Assembly (NCBI GenBank): GCA_029268265.1
Contig: JAJUGH010000001.1
Coordinates: forward strand, 1-51,566
Source of the DNA: Alcaligenaceae bacterium
GTDB taxonomy: Bacteria; Pseudomonadota; Gammaproteobacteria; Burkholderiales; Burkholderiaceae_B
Direction of reading: 5' to 3'
DNA: 51,566 bases
Shown piece after piece: positions 32,545-42,793 of the stretch. Position 1 is the first letter of the stretch, and each line of letters opens with the position of its first letter. A model generated the notes under the pieces. The model searched no databases. It was not told the origin of the DNA and worked only from the letters and a program-made list of their open reading frames with translations. Position numbers and translations under genes: made by a program.

Positions 32545-33825
32545 TCAAGATAGTGACGGATAGTATTGGGGCAGGCTGCGCGTCATGGCCAGCAGCTGCG
32601 TGTCATGCGCAGGCCGCGCAATGAACTGCGCCCCCAGGGGCAGGCCGGTGGGCCCGTCCGCTATAGGGAATGACAGCGAGGGCGCATGCAGCAGACTCCA
32701 GAGCGCGCCGAAGCGAGCATCGCCCGCAGACTCCAAACCTTCGTCGGCCTCACCGGCTGCCGGCGGATAGAGAATCAAATCCACCTGATCGAACAGATCG
32801 TACAAGGCGGCCTCTGCGGCGCGAACCTGCTGGCGCATCGCCATGTATTCGTCAAACGACACCGTCAGCCCCTCGGCCAAGCGCGCCTGCAGGCGCGGGC
32901 TTAACTTTTCAGGACGGTCGCGCAGCTCGTTGCCCAGCGTCCGCCGCGCTTCGTACATGAAAAGCCGCGGCTGCATGACGGTGGCAATTTCCATTGGCTC
33001 GGGCATGCGCAGGTAGGTGACCGTATGCCCCGCCTGTTCTAACTTGCGCACGTATGCGTCGATGGCATCGGCCATCCCGCTACGCAGGTAATCCCATTGA
33101 CGCGACTGCAGTACGGCAATGCGGAAGCGTCCCGGCGCCGCCGGCACCGTCGCCTGCCCATGCAGTCCCATAGCCGCCTGGGCGATATCGTCCACAGTAC
33201 GAGCGATCAGGCCGATCGTGTCTTGTGAGGGACTCAGCAGCTTCAAGCCTGCTGCAGGAAAGAAACCGAAGGTCGGCTTGAAGCCGGCCACCCCGCAGTA
33301 CACCGCTGGTCTCACAATGGACCCCGTAGTTTGCGTCCCGAAGGCAAACGGCACCATCCCGCCTGCCACGGCGGCTGCGGAACCGCTGGACGACCCACCC
33401 GGCGTGTGGCTAAGCCTCAAGGGGTTACGGGCGGCACTGGGCGTCTGAGTGGCGAACTCGCCTGTCGCCACCTTGCCCAGCAGCACGGCCCCGTTGCTAC
33501 GCGCCATTTCCACACAGGCCGCATCCAGGTGGGGCTGGTGGCCCTTGTAGATGGGCGAACCATATTCCGTGGGATAGCCGGCGGTGTCGATCACATCCTT
33601 CACCGCATACGGTATACCGTGCAGGAGCCCCGGCGCCGCGGAACGGGCGGCTTCCAGGGCGCGCTGCGCATCCCAGGACACAAACGCCAGGATTTCAGGG
33701 TTAAGTTCCTCGATGCGATCCAGGAATGCCTGCGTGACGGCCTCCGGACTCAGCTCACCCAGTTCCATTGCCCGGGAAAGTTCCGCAATAGATAGCGTGT
33801 GAATCAAATCCTGGGCGATACTCAT
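32545..33825 (-). CDS. Amidase-signature family amidase
   Basis: YAVKDVID, GKVATGEFA, PGGSSSGS, GTQTTGSIVRP; ATGA overlap with upstream Bug gene. Confidence 0.9.
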   Translation of the reverse strand: MSIAQDLIHTLSIAELSRAMELGELSPEAVTQAFLDRIEELNPEILAFVSWDAQRALEAARSAAPGLLHGIPYAVKDVIDTAGYPTEYGSPIYKGHQPHLDAACVEMARSNGAVLLGKVATGEFATQTPSAARNPLRLSHTPGGSSSGSAAAVAGGMVPFAFGTQTTGSIVRPAVYCGVAGFKPTFGFFPAAGLKLLSPSQDTIGLIARTVDDIAQAAMGLHGQATVPAAPGRFRIAVLQSRQWDYLRSGMADAIDAYVRKLEQAGHTVTYLRMPEPMEIATVMQPRLFMYEARRTLGNELRDRPEKLSPRLQARLAEGLTVSFDEYMAMRQQVRAAEAALYDLFDQVDLILYPPAAGEADEGLESAGDARFGALWSLLHAPSLSFPIADGPTGLPLGAQFIARPAHDTQLLAMTRSLPQYYPSLS

Positions 33826-34817
33826 TCGAGGGTGATTCCTGCTTCTTGAATGACTTTGGCCCATTTGTCGTGCTCGGCACGCACAAACGTGTCGAAATCT
33901 TCAGGCGAACTGCCGTCGGGCTCGGCGCCTTGTGCCAGCAGCTGACGCTTCACTTCTTCATCGTCAAGAATCGCCAGCAGGCCTTTGTTCAGCTTCTCAA
34001 TGATTTGCGGGTCGACTCCTGCCGGAGCAAACAGGCCGAACCAACCGGTGACCTCGTAGCCAGGCAGACCCTGATCTGCGATGGGACCGACTTCAGGAAG
34101 CAGCGGCGATGCCTGTGTGGAGGTCACGCCCAGCGCGCGCAGCTTGCCGGATTCGATATGTGGCAGACACAGAGGCAGGTTGCAGAACATGGCGTCGATA
34201 CGGCCCGGAAGCAGATCGGCCAGTGCGTCACCACCGCCCTTGTAGGGCACGTGCAGCATCTTTATGCCGGACAGATTCGAGAACAGCTCGCCCGACAGAT
34301 GCATGCTGCCGCCATTGCCCGTGGAAGCGTAAGTCAGCTCGCGCTTCTTGGCCAGCTCGATGAATTCGGACACGGACTTCGCCGGTACATCCGGGTGCAC
34401 GACGAGCACGTTCGGCACCTTGGCGATATTGGAAATGGGGGTGAAGTCTTCTATGCCGAACTTGATGTTCTTGAACAGACTGGGGTTGACCGCGTTGGTG
34501 CTGGTGGGCCCAACCAACAGGGTGTAGCCGTCAGGTGCGGCCGCGGCCACTTCAGCAGCGCCGATATTGCCACCGGCTCCGGCTTTGTTGTGCACGACAA
34601 AAGACTGGCCGAGCGACTCGCTCAGACCGTTGGCTGCAATACGCGCCAGCAGGTCGGTCACGCTGCCGGGGCCAAAGGGAACAATCATGGTCACCGAACG
34701 CTCGGGATACTTATCGGCCGCCTGAGCGCTTGCCACAGAAGGAAACAGGCTTGCCGCTGCCGCCAGCGTCATCCCGACGCCCGCCAGAAGGGTTCTTTTC
34801 AGTATTGGATGAGTCAT
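33822..34817 (-). CDS. Bug/TctC substrate-binding protein
   Basis: Signal peptide, VPFGPGSVTD, NKAGAGG, PDGYTLL, VPYKGGG. Confidence 0.92.
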   Translation of the reverse strand: MTHPILKRTLLAGVGMTLAAAASLFPSVASAQAADKYPERSVTMIVPFGPGSVTDLLARIAANGLSESLGQSFVVHNKAGAGGNIGAAEVAAAAPDGYTLLVGPTSTNAVNPSLFKNIKFGIEDFTPISNIAKVPNVLVVHPDVPAKSVSEFIELAKKRELTYASTGNGGSMHLSGELFSNLSGIKMLHVPYKGGGDALADLLPGRIDAMFCNLPLCLPHIESGKLRALGVTSTQASPLLPEVGPIADQGLPGYEVTGWFGLFAPAGVDPQIIEKLNKGLLAILDDEEVKRQLLAQGAEPDGSSPEDFDTFVRAEHDKWAKVIQEAGITLE

Positions 34818-34847
34818 TTTTCAGCTCCTTTGGAGGCGGTTTACTGA

Positions 34848-34896
34848 TTAGAAACACTCAGAATACGAACGGGCTGCTATTCTTGTCCAATTCTAA
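34848..34896. promoter_or_regulatory. Divergent AT-rich LysR/Bug control region with nested inverted repeats
   Basis: TTAGAA..AGAATA-N12-TATTCT..TTCTAA between divergent LysR and Bug genes. Confidence 0.35.
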
Positions 34897-34915
34897 ATAA
34901 GTAGCGATTAATTCT

Positions 34916-35926
34916 GTGAGCAAATTAATTAGCCTGCTCGATGCGCGGCTGTTGCAGACCTTTATTGCAGTGGCCGAAGAGCGTCACTTTGGACGGGCCG
35001 CCAAGCGGCTGCATCTGTCCCAGCCGCCGGTCAGCCAACGGATCCGACAACTGGAAGAGGAACTGGGTGTTCAACTGTTCATCCGCAGTACCCGTCAGGT
35101 CACGCTGACTCAGGCGGGCAAGGAGCTCTATGAGCGCGCTCTGCGGCTGGTTCAGGAGGCCGCCGCTGCCGAAGCCGCACTCAGACGTTTCGGAAGTGGG
35201 GAACAAGGGGAGTTGCGCATCGGCTTCACCCGCACCGTGGCTTCGCAGTTACTGCCTCGGCTGCTGGCTTACTATCACGAGCACAAACCTGACGTGAAGC
35301 TCATCCTGCATGAGGACTGGTCAACCCAGCTCCTGAAGCAGGTATTGCAGGAACAGCTGGATATCGCCTTGCTACGCCGCTCGACCGCAGGAATACATGC
35401 CGGCATTCAATTTATCTTGGTGCAACGGGAAGCCCTGTGGCTGGCGGTGCCCAAAGGCCATCGTTTCGCACGCCGGAGAAAAGTGCATCCCCGCGAGCTG
35501 AATGAAGAGGCCATGGTGGGATACAGCCCGTCCGCCGCACAATATTTCCATGAAACGCTGGAAGCGGTCATGGCTCACTATGGCATTACGCCGGACATCC
35601 GGCATCTGAGCGCGGTGCCGACCGTTTTAGCGCTGGTGGACGCCGGGATGGGCGTTGCGCTGATACCGCGCTCGGCGGCCCCTTTGCGTGCCGCAGATAC
35701 CGTTGTGCTGCCGTTGGACGACCCTGATGCGGTGGCCAATGTCGACCTCTATGCGGCAATACGCAAGGGAGACGCAGGCCCGCTGGTGAGCGGGGCGATC
35801 GATGCGCTGTTAACTTTGGATCACGGCGGGCCCGCGCCCGGTTATCTGCCGGCTTCGGGCGCCTCTAGCCTTGTCGGAGTACGGGCTGCGACCGCCGCCC
35901 ATACTTCAGCGGCGCCCCGTTGCTGA
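34916..35926 (+). CDS. LysR family transcriptional regulator
   Basis: FIAVAEERHFGRAAKRLHLSQPPVSQRIRQLEEELG HTH; tail overlaps comF by 85 bp. Confidence 0.93.
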   Translation: MSKLISLLDARLLQTFIAVAEERHFGRAAKRLHLSQPPVSQRIRQLEEELGVQLFIRSTRQVTLTQAGKELYERALRLVQEAAAAEAALRRFGSGEQGELRIGFTRTVASQLLPRLLAYYHEHKPDVKLILHEDWSTQLLKQVLQEQLDIALLRRSTAGIHAGIQFILVQREALWLAVPKGHRFARRRKVHPRELNEEAMVGYSPSAAQYFHETLEAVMAHYGITPDIRHLSAVPTVLALVDAGMGVALIPRSAAPLRAADTVVLPLDDPDAVANVDLYAAIRKGDAGPLVSGAIDALLTLDHGGPAPGYLPASGASSLVGVRAATAAHTSAAPRC

Positions 35927-36624
35927 AGCAGGTCCGCAATGGCGCTGAGCGTAGCGCCCGTCGTCATAACGTCGTCCACAATCATCACCGCCCGGCCTTG
36001 CAGGCGGGCGTCGCAGCGGTACAGCCCTTCGACTTCCCTTCGACGCTCACGCCGCCCGAGACTTTTCTGACCCTGGCCCTCGTGAGCGCGGTGAATCAAA
36101 CCCGGCTGCCATTCCCAACCCATTCTGACGGCGAGAGCCCGGCCCAGCTCCGCCGCCGGATTGAATCCCCGCAATATCAGCGAGCGCCGGCTTGCCGGCA
36201 CGCCTGCCACCAGCATCGGAGACGTGCGCTTGGATGAGTGCAGATCAATCGCCGTTTGGCAACGCTCGGCCAGCATGCCGGCAAGGACGACTGCACAGGA
36301 GAAGCGCCCTTGCACCTTGAGGCGCTCGATCAGCAGGTCGCCCGGCCAGTGATAATCGAAGGCGGCGATCACGCGCTCCAGGGCCGCAGACAGATCGGGA
36401 CAGTCGGGACAATCTGGATGTCCGGCCGCCGGCTTACCGCGCAGAGCCACGGCACATCGCGGGCAACGTCGCACTTCTTCCTTATCTGCCGTCACCGCCT
36501 CGCAACAATACCGGCACAATCCGCCGGCTGCCCGGCTGCCACACAACAGACAGGCCACCGGTAAACGGTCGCGCGTCCGGCGCAGCCAGCATTGGAATTC
36601 GCGCAGCATGGATAGATGGGCCAT
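35842..36624 (-). CDS. comF: ComF family protein (zinc ribbon + PRTase-like)
   Basis: Four CxxC motifs, RGFN, IVDDVMTTGAT. Confidence 0.87.
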   Translation of the reverse strand: MAHLSMLREFQCWLRRTRDRLPVACLLCGSRAAGGLCRYCCEAVTADKEEVRRCPRCAVALRGKPAAGHPDCPDCPDLSAALERVIAAFDYHWPGDLLIERLKVQGRFSCAVVLAGMLAERCQTAIDLHSSKRTSPMLVAGVPASRRSLILRGFNPAAELGRALAVRMGWEWQPGLIHRAHEGQGQKSLGRRERRREVEGLYRCDARLQGRAVMIVDDVMTTGATLSAIADLLQQRGAAEVWAAVAARTPTRLEAPEAGR

Positions 36625-36700
36625 AATGGATGCAATCCCGTCAAGATCTTCTCGATCTAAGCACAGGGTTCATCGCCCACGCCAGTGCCAGTTCACGCAG

Positions 36701-37651
36701 ATGTCACAGTCAACTTTTCTTTCCATCAATGCCAGCCACGTGCGCCAGCAGTTCGATCGCCGCGCGCCGCTGGACGACGCCCAGTTCCTTTACGGTGAAA
36801 TTTCCGCCCGCATGCTGCACAGGCTGGGTTATATCCGTGTCAAACCGGGCAAACTGCTGGACGCCGGCTGCGGCGCGGGGCATGCCATCGAGCCCTTGCG
36901 CGTGCACTACCCCGAAATGGAATACACGGGCCTGGACAACAGCCCTGCGCTGCTTGCCGTCGCCAGACAGCGTTACCAGTCCAAGCCCGGTCTGTGGCAG
37001 CGGCTGCGCAACAAGCCCATGCTGCCGGTGGATTTCATCGAAGCCGACATGGCCGACAGCGCGCTGCCTCCCGAAAGCTTTGATCTGGTGTGGTCGAACA
37101 TGGCGCTGCACTGGCACCCCGCACCGCACGAAGTATTGGCGGAGTGGCGGCGCATCCTCAAGCCCGGCGCACTGGTGATGTTCTCGTGTCTGGGCCCCGG
37201 TACCCATGCCGAGCTGCGCAAGGCGCTGACACAAGCGGGTCTGCAAACCGCCACGCCGCCTTATGTGGATATGCACGACTTTGGTGACATGCTGGTCGAG
37301 CTGGGTTTCGCCGACCCGGTCATGGATCAGGAAATCATCACACTCACCTACCGCAGCCCCGAAAAGCTGCTGTCGGATATCCACCTGTTGGGCGGGAACC
37401 CGAACCCGGAACGCAAGCCCGGTCTGACGGGGCGTGCCTGGCGCCGGCGGCTGCTGGACGCACTGGAGTCACAACGGGGAATGGACGGCACAATACGCCT
37501 GAGTCTAGAGGTCGCCTATGGGCACGCGTGGCGCGGTAACAGCCTGCGCGGGCCCCGCGGGGAAACGCGTATTTCCATAAGTTCAATCGGCCGCACCCCG
37601 CCCAAACCCGGCGACCCCACCGTTCGCCCCCGCCGCGACGACGGAACCTGA
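36701..37651 (+). CDS. SAM-dependent methyltransferase, BioC-like
   Basis: LDAGCGAG, FDLVWSNMALHW, DMHDFGDML, DPVMD, VAYGHAW; divergent from comF; ATG 36701. Confidence 0.82.
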   Translation: MSQSTFLSINASHVRQQFDRRAPLDDAQFLYGEISARMLHRLGYIRVKPGKLLDAGCGAGHAIEPLRVHYPEMEYTGLDNSPALLAVARQRYQSKPGLWQRLRNKPMLPVDFIEADMADSALPPESFDLVWSNMALHWHPAPHEVLAEWRRILKPGALVMFSCLGPGTHAELRKALTQAGLQTATPPYVDMHDFGDMLVELGFADPVMDQEIITLTYRSPEKLLSDIHLLGGNPNPERKPGLTGRAWRRRLLDALESQRGMDGTIRLSLEVAYGHAWRGNSLRGPRGETRISISSIGRTPPKPGDPTVRPRRDDGT

Positions 37652-37686
37652 AAGTGGGGTCAGACCCCACTTTTGTTCCACTTTTG
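37650..37686. repeat. Single REP-like palindrome plus 9-bp partial duplication
   Basis: GAAAGTGGGGTCAGACCCCACTTTT (37650-37674); CCACTTTTG repeated at 37667 and 37678; could also serve as a bidirectional terminator. Confidence 0.8.
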
Positions 37687-38403
37687 CTAAGAAGAAGAGG
37701 AGGCGGCGAGGCTTCTGCGGCGTGAGGCGTCGATGCCCAGCTGTTTGAGCTTGCGGTAGAGGTGGGTACGCTCAAGGCCGGTGCGCTCTGAGACGCGGGT
37801 CATGCTGTGGTTTTCACGGCCCAGGTGATATTCGAAGTAGATACGTTCGAATTCATCGCGAGCGTCGCGCAGTGGTTGGTCGAGCGAAATCGCGCTGAGG
37901 GGTGAGACGTTTTCCTGAGCCGGGGGTTCGGCTTCGCGCGCAGCCGCAGAGGCTGCCGGCGCCGCAGCCGCGGCACCCGGGGCGGGACGGTTACTGCCTG
38001 GCGTCTCGCCACCCACCGCTGGGGGAGCCCCCGTGACTGCCGGCTTTGCCAGCGCGGAAGCGATGGTTTTCAGCAGCTTTTGCAGGGTGATGGGTTTTTC
38101 CAGGAAATCGACCGCACCGATACGGGTGGCTTCCACCGCTGTGTCGACGGTGGCGTGACCGCTCATCATGATGACAGGCATGTCGAGCAGCCCTTGAGCC
38201 GCCCATTCCTTAAGCAGGCTGACACCATCGGTATCCGGCATCCAGATATCGAGCAGCACGAGATCCGGCCGGAAACTCTGGCGGGCGGCGCGGGCCTGAG
38301 CAGCATTTTCCGCGAGTTCCACACTATGACCCTCGTCATACAGAATCTCGGACAAGAGCTCGCGAATTCCAATTTCGTCGTCAACAACCAGAATTCTGGC
38401 CAT
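37687..38403 (-). CDS. NtrX/PlrR-like response regulator (REC + Fis-type HTH, no AAA+ domain)
   Basis: VVDDE, LLDIWMP, FLEKP; Ala/Pro linker; GLERTHLYRKLKQLG. Confidence 0.88.
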   Translation of the reverse strand: MARILVVDDEIGIRELLSEILYDEGHSVELAENAAQARAARQSFRPDLVLLDIWMPDTDGVSLLKEWAAQGLLDMPVIMMSGHATVDTAVEATRIGAVDFLEKPITLQKLLKTIASALAKPAVTGAPPAVGGETPGSNRPAPGAAAAAPAASAAAREAEPPAQENVSPLSAISLDQPLRDARDEFERIYFEYHLGRENHSMTRVSERTGLERTHLYRKLKQLGIDASRRRSLAASSSS

Positions 38404-38417
38404 AAAGCGTCACCTAA

Positions 38418-40754
38418 CTAATTTTGCTCATTATCGTTTGCCGGAACGGCTTCGTCCAGAGACGCCCCGGTACCGGCCAGGCGCGTCAGCAGCAAGGATA
38501 CCCGCGCGCCTCCTTCTCGTCGGTTGGCAAGGTCGATACTGCCGCCGTGCTCTTCTACAATCTTTTTCACTATAGCAAGCCCCAGGCCGGTACCCGTCAC
38601 CTTGGTGGTGACATACGGTTCGAACACCCGATCCACCACCTGCGGCTCAAAACCCGGCCCGTTATCCGCCACAATGATACGTACTGCCTGGCGCTCGGAC
38701 GCGTCACCCGTCTGGGCCTGCACAAGCTTGGTCTGCACGTAGATACGAGCTTCCTTGCCGGAATGCTGCTGTTGTGCCGCGTCGCGCGCATTCCCTAGCA
38801 GATTATGTATCACTTGACGCAATTGCGTCACGTCGCCCTCGACCAATGGCAGCTCGGGAGCAAAGTCGACCTCCAGCGAGACGCCTTGCTCGCGTACCGC
38901 GGTCGCGTTGGGATCCCAGCCATATAGGGTCAGTACATCACCGATCAGCTCGTTGATATCCACCGGTTGCATCTGGGCCGGCGGCGTACGCGCATATTCG
39001 CGGAAGTCGTCCACCATCTTCTTCAGTGACGTGACCTGATTCACGATGGTGTTCGTGGCCCTTTGCAGCATGGCCGCGTCTTCTTCGTTCAGGCGATCAG
39101 CAAGTTTCATGGCCAAACGTTCGGCCGACAGCTGGATAGGCGTTAACGGATTCTTGATTTCGTGCGCCAGCCGGCGCGCGACTTCGCCCCAGGCCACCGT
39201 ACGGTTGGCGGAAATCACTTCGCTGATGTCATCAAAGACTACCAGATATCCGTTACCGCGCCCATCGATGCGCAGTTCCGTGCCTCGGGCGAGGATCGTG
39301 ACCACATGGCGGCGCAGCGCGTCACCCTCGCCGGAGATTTCCAGCTCGAACTGATGTTGCCAGAAGGGTCGCTGCGAATCCATCGCTTCATGGGCCGCAA
39401 ACGACTCGCGGATATTCTTGGCGAGTGCGAAGGCGCCCTCGACGGTTTCCAGCGGCCTGCCCTGCACCGACCGCAGATCAGTGCGAAGAATGGACTGAGC
39501 CCCCTGGTTGAACATCGCCACCCGAAAGTTCTCGTCGAAGACCAGAACCCCCGAAGACAGATTACCCAGAACCGACTCCAGGTACACATTGCTGCGCTCA
39601 AGCTGCTGACGGTTGCGCTCAACCTGCCGGCGCGCCTCTTCCAGCTGCCGGGTCATCGCGTTGAACGACCGGGTAAGCTGACCGATCTCATCATTGCGCG
39701 GCGGCTCGGGCAATGGCCGGTAATCTCCCACCCCCACCGCCTGAGTGCCACTGGCCAGCGCCAGCAAGGGCCGCACCAGACGGCGCGAAATGGCCAGTGC
39801 CGCCACCACTGCCGCAAATACCGCCAGCAACAGCGCAAGCGTCAGCGTAATGCCGTAGAGTTTACGCAGCCCCAGCCGCGATAGGGCCAGCTCCTGGTAA
39901 TCGCGAAAACCTTCCTGCACTTGACTGGCGTTGTGCGCAATACGTTCCGGCACCGGTTCGATCACTTGCAGCCAGCGGGTGTCAGGGGCCACGCCCAGCA
40001 TGGGCGCATAGCGATTCATACCCGTAATGGGCACCACCACACGTAGCTGCAGGGCGCCGCGCAAGCGCGATTCAGGAGTCAATTCCTCGCTGCCGGCAGT
40101 ATCTTCCACCAACTCCGCCGCCGAGTAATTGCGTGAAACGCGTAGCTGATTAAGGACGGAAGGCGGAGGAAGGTCCGGCAGCAGCTGGCCGAATTCTGCG
40201 GAAGAGAACGCCACCAGGCGGTTATTGCCCGTGAACACCAGCGCCTCGGACACCTCGCTGCTTTCCCGCAGGCTGCTGATGACCAGCGCCATATCCATAT
40301 CACTGCTGTTACTGAGTCGTGCCGCCATGTTGCGCGCCCGCACGTTCAGGTCGGCCAGCTGAGTATCCAGCGCTGCCCGGCCGAGATTCAGGCCCGCTTC
40401 CAGCGCGGTGTCCACGCGCACGTTGAACCAGGACTCGATAGAACGCGACATGAACTGTACCGACAGCACATAAATGAGCGCCCCGGGCAGAATGCCGATC
40501 AGCGTAAAGTACAGCGCGAAGCGCGAAGTCAGACGCGCCCCGAACTGACGCTTGCGCACCTGACGCAGCAGACGCATGCCCAGCACCACCACCCAGGTGA
40601 GCATCGCGGCAGCCAAGATGCCGTTGAGCACCAGCAGCACGTCGTACTGCTGGGCGAAGCGCGATGCATTGCCGGTCGACCACACCAACAAGGCAAGCAA
40701 CGACACAGCGCTGACCGCCGCAACGATCAGGGTGATGCGCGAAGTCCAGCGCAC
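38418..40754 (-). CDS. NtrY/PlrS-like sensor histidine kinase (TM, HAMP, PAS, HisKA, HATPase)
   Basis: AWGEVARRLAHEIKNPLTPIQLSAER, DNGPG, GTGLGLAIV; probable GTG 40754 overlapping the upstream TAG. Confidence 0.9.
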   Translation of the reverse strand: MRWTSRITLIVAAVSAVSLLALLVWSTGNASRFAQQYDVLLVLNGILAAAMLTWVVVLGMRLLRQVRKRQFGARLTSRFALYFTLIGILPGALIYVLSVQFMSRSIESWFNVRVDTALEAGLNLGRAALDTQLADLNVRARNMAARLSNSSDMDMALVISSLRESSEVSEALVFTGNNRLVAFSSAEFGQLLPDLPPPSVLNQLRVSRNYSAAELVEDTAGSEELTPESRLRGALQLRVVVPITGMNRYAPMLGVAPDTRWLQVIEPVPERIAHNASQVQEGFRDYQELALSRLGLRKLYGITLTLALLLAVFAAVVAALAISRRLVRPLLALASGTQAVGVGDYRPLPEPPRNDEIGQLTRSFNAMTRQLEEARRQVERNRQQLERSNVYLESVLGNLSSGVLVFDENFRVAMFNQGAQSILRTDLRSVQGRPLETVEGAFALAKNIRESFAAHEAMDSQRPFWQHQFELEISGEGDALRRHVVTILARGTELRIDGRGNGYLVVFDDISEVISANRTVAWGEVARRLAHEIKNPLTPIQLSAERLAMKLADRLNEEDAAMLQRATNTIVNQVTSLKKMVDDFREYARTPPAQMQPVDINELIGDVLTLYGWDPNATAVREQGVSLEVDFAPELPLVEGDVTQLRQVIHNLLGNARDAAQQQHSGKEARIYVQTKLVQAQTGDASERQAVRIIVADNGPGFEPQVVDRVFEPYVTTKVTGTGLGLAIVKKIVEEHGGSIDLANRREGGARVSLLLTRLAGTGASLDEAVPANDNEQN

Positions 40755-41332
40755 TAGCGCGGGAGCTCGCCGCCGGAGATCGAAAAGCTGAAGTCTTTCC
40801 ATGGGGTAGAAAGCGACCAGGCACTGCTGTTGAGTGCATGCACCCTGAAGGGGCGCGCCAGAAGGGAAGTATCCAGCCGTACACGCATCCGGCCGGTGTA
40901 CAGCACATCCGTTTCGAGGTCGGCGCTGGGTACGACCCCCCAGCCCCGGATATTCCGTACCAGCGACAAGGCGTCGTCGAGCGAAGGCTCCGGCAAGGAC
41001 AGCTCGCCCGTGCCAATGCGCCACTGACGCGTCAGGGCGTTGTAAACCACGCGCCAGGTCTGCTGCGTCTTGATGACGTCCTTATCGAACCACCAACTCC
41101 GCGGTTTCACAATCTCGATATCTGCCGTGAAATAGAGTGTCACCCCGCGCTCGGCAGAGGACCGCAGCTCATCTGACAAAGGCAGGTGCACATCTGCGTC
41201 GATATTCAGCCAGCCGTCCGCCAGCACGGGTTCAATGCGCAGAACCTCCGGGTCGCCAGAAGGCACTTCCTGCGCCTGCGCCACACCCAGGAAGAAGACC
41301 AGAATCAGAGAGAGCATTCGTCGAAACAGCAT
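40754..41332 (-). CDS. DUF4390-type periplasmic protein
   Basis: Signal peptide, GVTLYF, YNALTRQWR, LDTSLLARPFRV; between rsmB and the kinase; start 41332 or 41371. Confidence 0.78.
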   Translation of the reverse strand: MLFRRMLSLILVFFLGVAQAQEVPSGDPEVLRIEPVLADGWLNIDADVHLPLSDELRSSAERGVTLYFTADIEIVKPRSWWFDKDVIKTQQTWRVVYNALTRQWRIGTGELSLPEPSLDDALSLVRNIRGWGVVPSADLETDVLYTGRMRVRLDTSLLARPFRVHALNSSAWSLSTPWKDFSFSISGGELPR

Positions 41333-41381
41333 GACGGCCCTGCACGCTCGCAAAATGGAGACAGCTGCCATTGTTGTCGAG

Positions 41382-42722
41382 TCAAGCATTCTTGGCAAAC
41401 AAGGCATAGAAAAAACCGTCCCCTTCATTTCCCTGCAGCGGCAGAATCTGCCCGGGCGCCGGCAGCCGAGTGGCGTCGGCATGCCTGCCGGCGAAGGCCT
41501 CCGCCTGCCGCTCGCCCTCTTCTGGAAATATCGAGCATGTGGCATAGAGCAGATGCCCCCCGGGGCGCAGCGTCTGCCACAAGGCTTCCACGATGCGCCG
41601 TTGCAACGCGGCAGTGCGCGCCACATCAGCATCGCGGCGCAGCCAGCGGATGTCCGGATGGCGCCTGACCACGCCCGAGGCGGTACATGGCACATCGGCC
41701 AGAATGGCGTCGTAGGGCTCGCCATCCCACCATGCCTGCAAGTCGGCGGCATCGGCCGCCTGCAACCGCACGTTTTCGTGCATCAAGCCCAGACGCTCCA
41801 GGTTCTCGCTCACTCGCGCAAGGCGGGTGGGGTCGGAATCCAGCGCAGTCAGCCGTAAGTCCGCCCGCTCCAGCAAGTGCGCCGTCTTTCCACCCGGCGC
41901 GGCGCAGGCATCCAGCACCCGCATATTGTCAGCCACCGGCAACAACTGCCCCGCCAGTTGTGCGGAGAGGTCTTGCACCGACCACCAACCCTGCTCGAAA
42001 CCCGGCAGGGCGTGGACGGGCCGCGGCTCCGCCAGCACGATGGCTCCATTCCGGGGCGAAGACGCCTCAATGCCGGCGGCCCGAAAGGCGTCCAGCACAT
42101 GCTCGACTCGCGCACGACGCGCGTTGACACGCAGTGCCATGGGCCCCGGGAGGTTAGAGGCCTGTAGCAGTTCTTGCCAGTACTCGGGATACGCCTGTTG
42201 CAGACGATCCACCCACCAGCGTGGGTGGTTATATCGTGCTACCGGATTTTCTAGTGCCTGCGCTAAAATAGTGGGTCTTTCGCGCATAAAACGGCGCAGC
42301 ACACCATTTACCAAGCCCTTGAACGGTTTGAGTTTTTTGTGGTGGCCGGCAGCCCGCACGGCTTGATCCACCACCGTATGAGGCGCGTAAACAGGCACTT
42401 CCCGGCCCAGATAGACGGCCGTCTTGGGGTCAGCCGCCTGTACGGCGGTATCCAGCAGGGTAAGCGCTACCTTCAGCAGCGCATCCAGCAATGGGGTGGG
42501 CGGTTTGCGAGGTACCAGGATTTCACGCAGCACCGTAGCGGTACCCAGGCGCCGCATCACATGGAAGGACACGGCTTGTGCAGACGCCCTTAGAGGCGTT
42601 TCGGTGGCGGCCAGTGTTTCAGACAGCGAACGGCCCGCCAGCACGGCCTGCACGTTCTGCGCAGCGGCAAGCAAAGTGTCGGAAAGCGAGATCCGGCTTG
42701 GCCGGGAAAGCGTATCTTGCAC
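41382..42722 (-). CDS. rsmB: 16S rRNA (cytosine-967-C5)-methyltransferase
   Basis: NusB-like N-terminus, [26 protein letters not shown]; start uncertain (GTG 42722 chosen). Confidence 0.92.
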   Translation of the reverse strand: MQDTLSRPSRISLSDTLLAAAQNVQAVLAGRSLSETLAATETPLRASAQAVSFHVMRRLGTATVLREILVPRKPPTPLLDALLKVALTLLDTAVQAADPKTAVYLGREVPVYAPHTVVDQAVRAAGHHKKLKPFKGLVNGVLRRFMRERPTILAQALENPVARYNHPRWWVDRLQQAYPEYWQELLQASNLPGPMALRVNARRARVEHVLDAFRAAGIEASSPRNGAIVLAEPRPVHALPGFEQGWWSVQDLSAQLAGQLLPVADNMRVLDACAAPGGKTAHLLERADLRLTALDSDPTRLARVSENLERLGLMHENVRLQAADAADLQAWWDGEPYDAILADVPCTASGVVRRHPDIRWLRRDADVARTAALQRRIVEALWQTLRPGGHLLYATCSIFPEEGERQAEAFAGRHADATRLPAPGQILPLQGNEGDGFFYALFAKNA

Positions 42723-42793
42723 GAGCGCAACAACCCATAAAGGGAAAATCGTATCATTTTTCACAAAGAGCGCATTGCTCAACGAGGTCATCC

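Noticed and set aside
40755-41024. N-terminal extension of the kinase in the ORF track (similar extensions on hpf, rlpA, gmhA, rimO and others)
   Set aside because: Longest-ORF artefacts overlapping neighbouring genes; downstream starts fit RBS position and family length better
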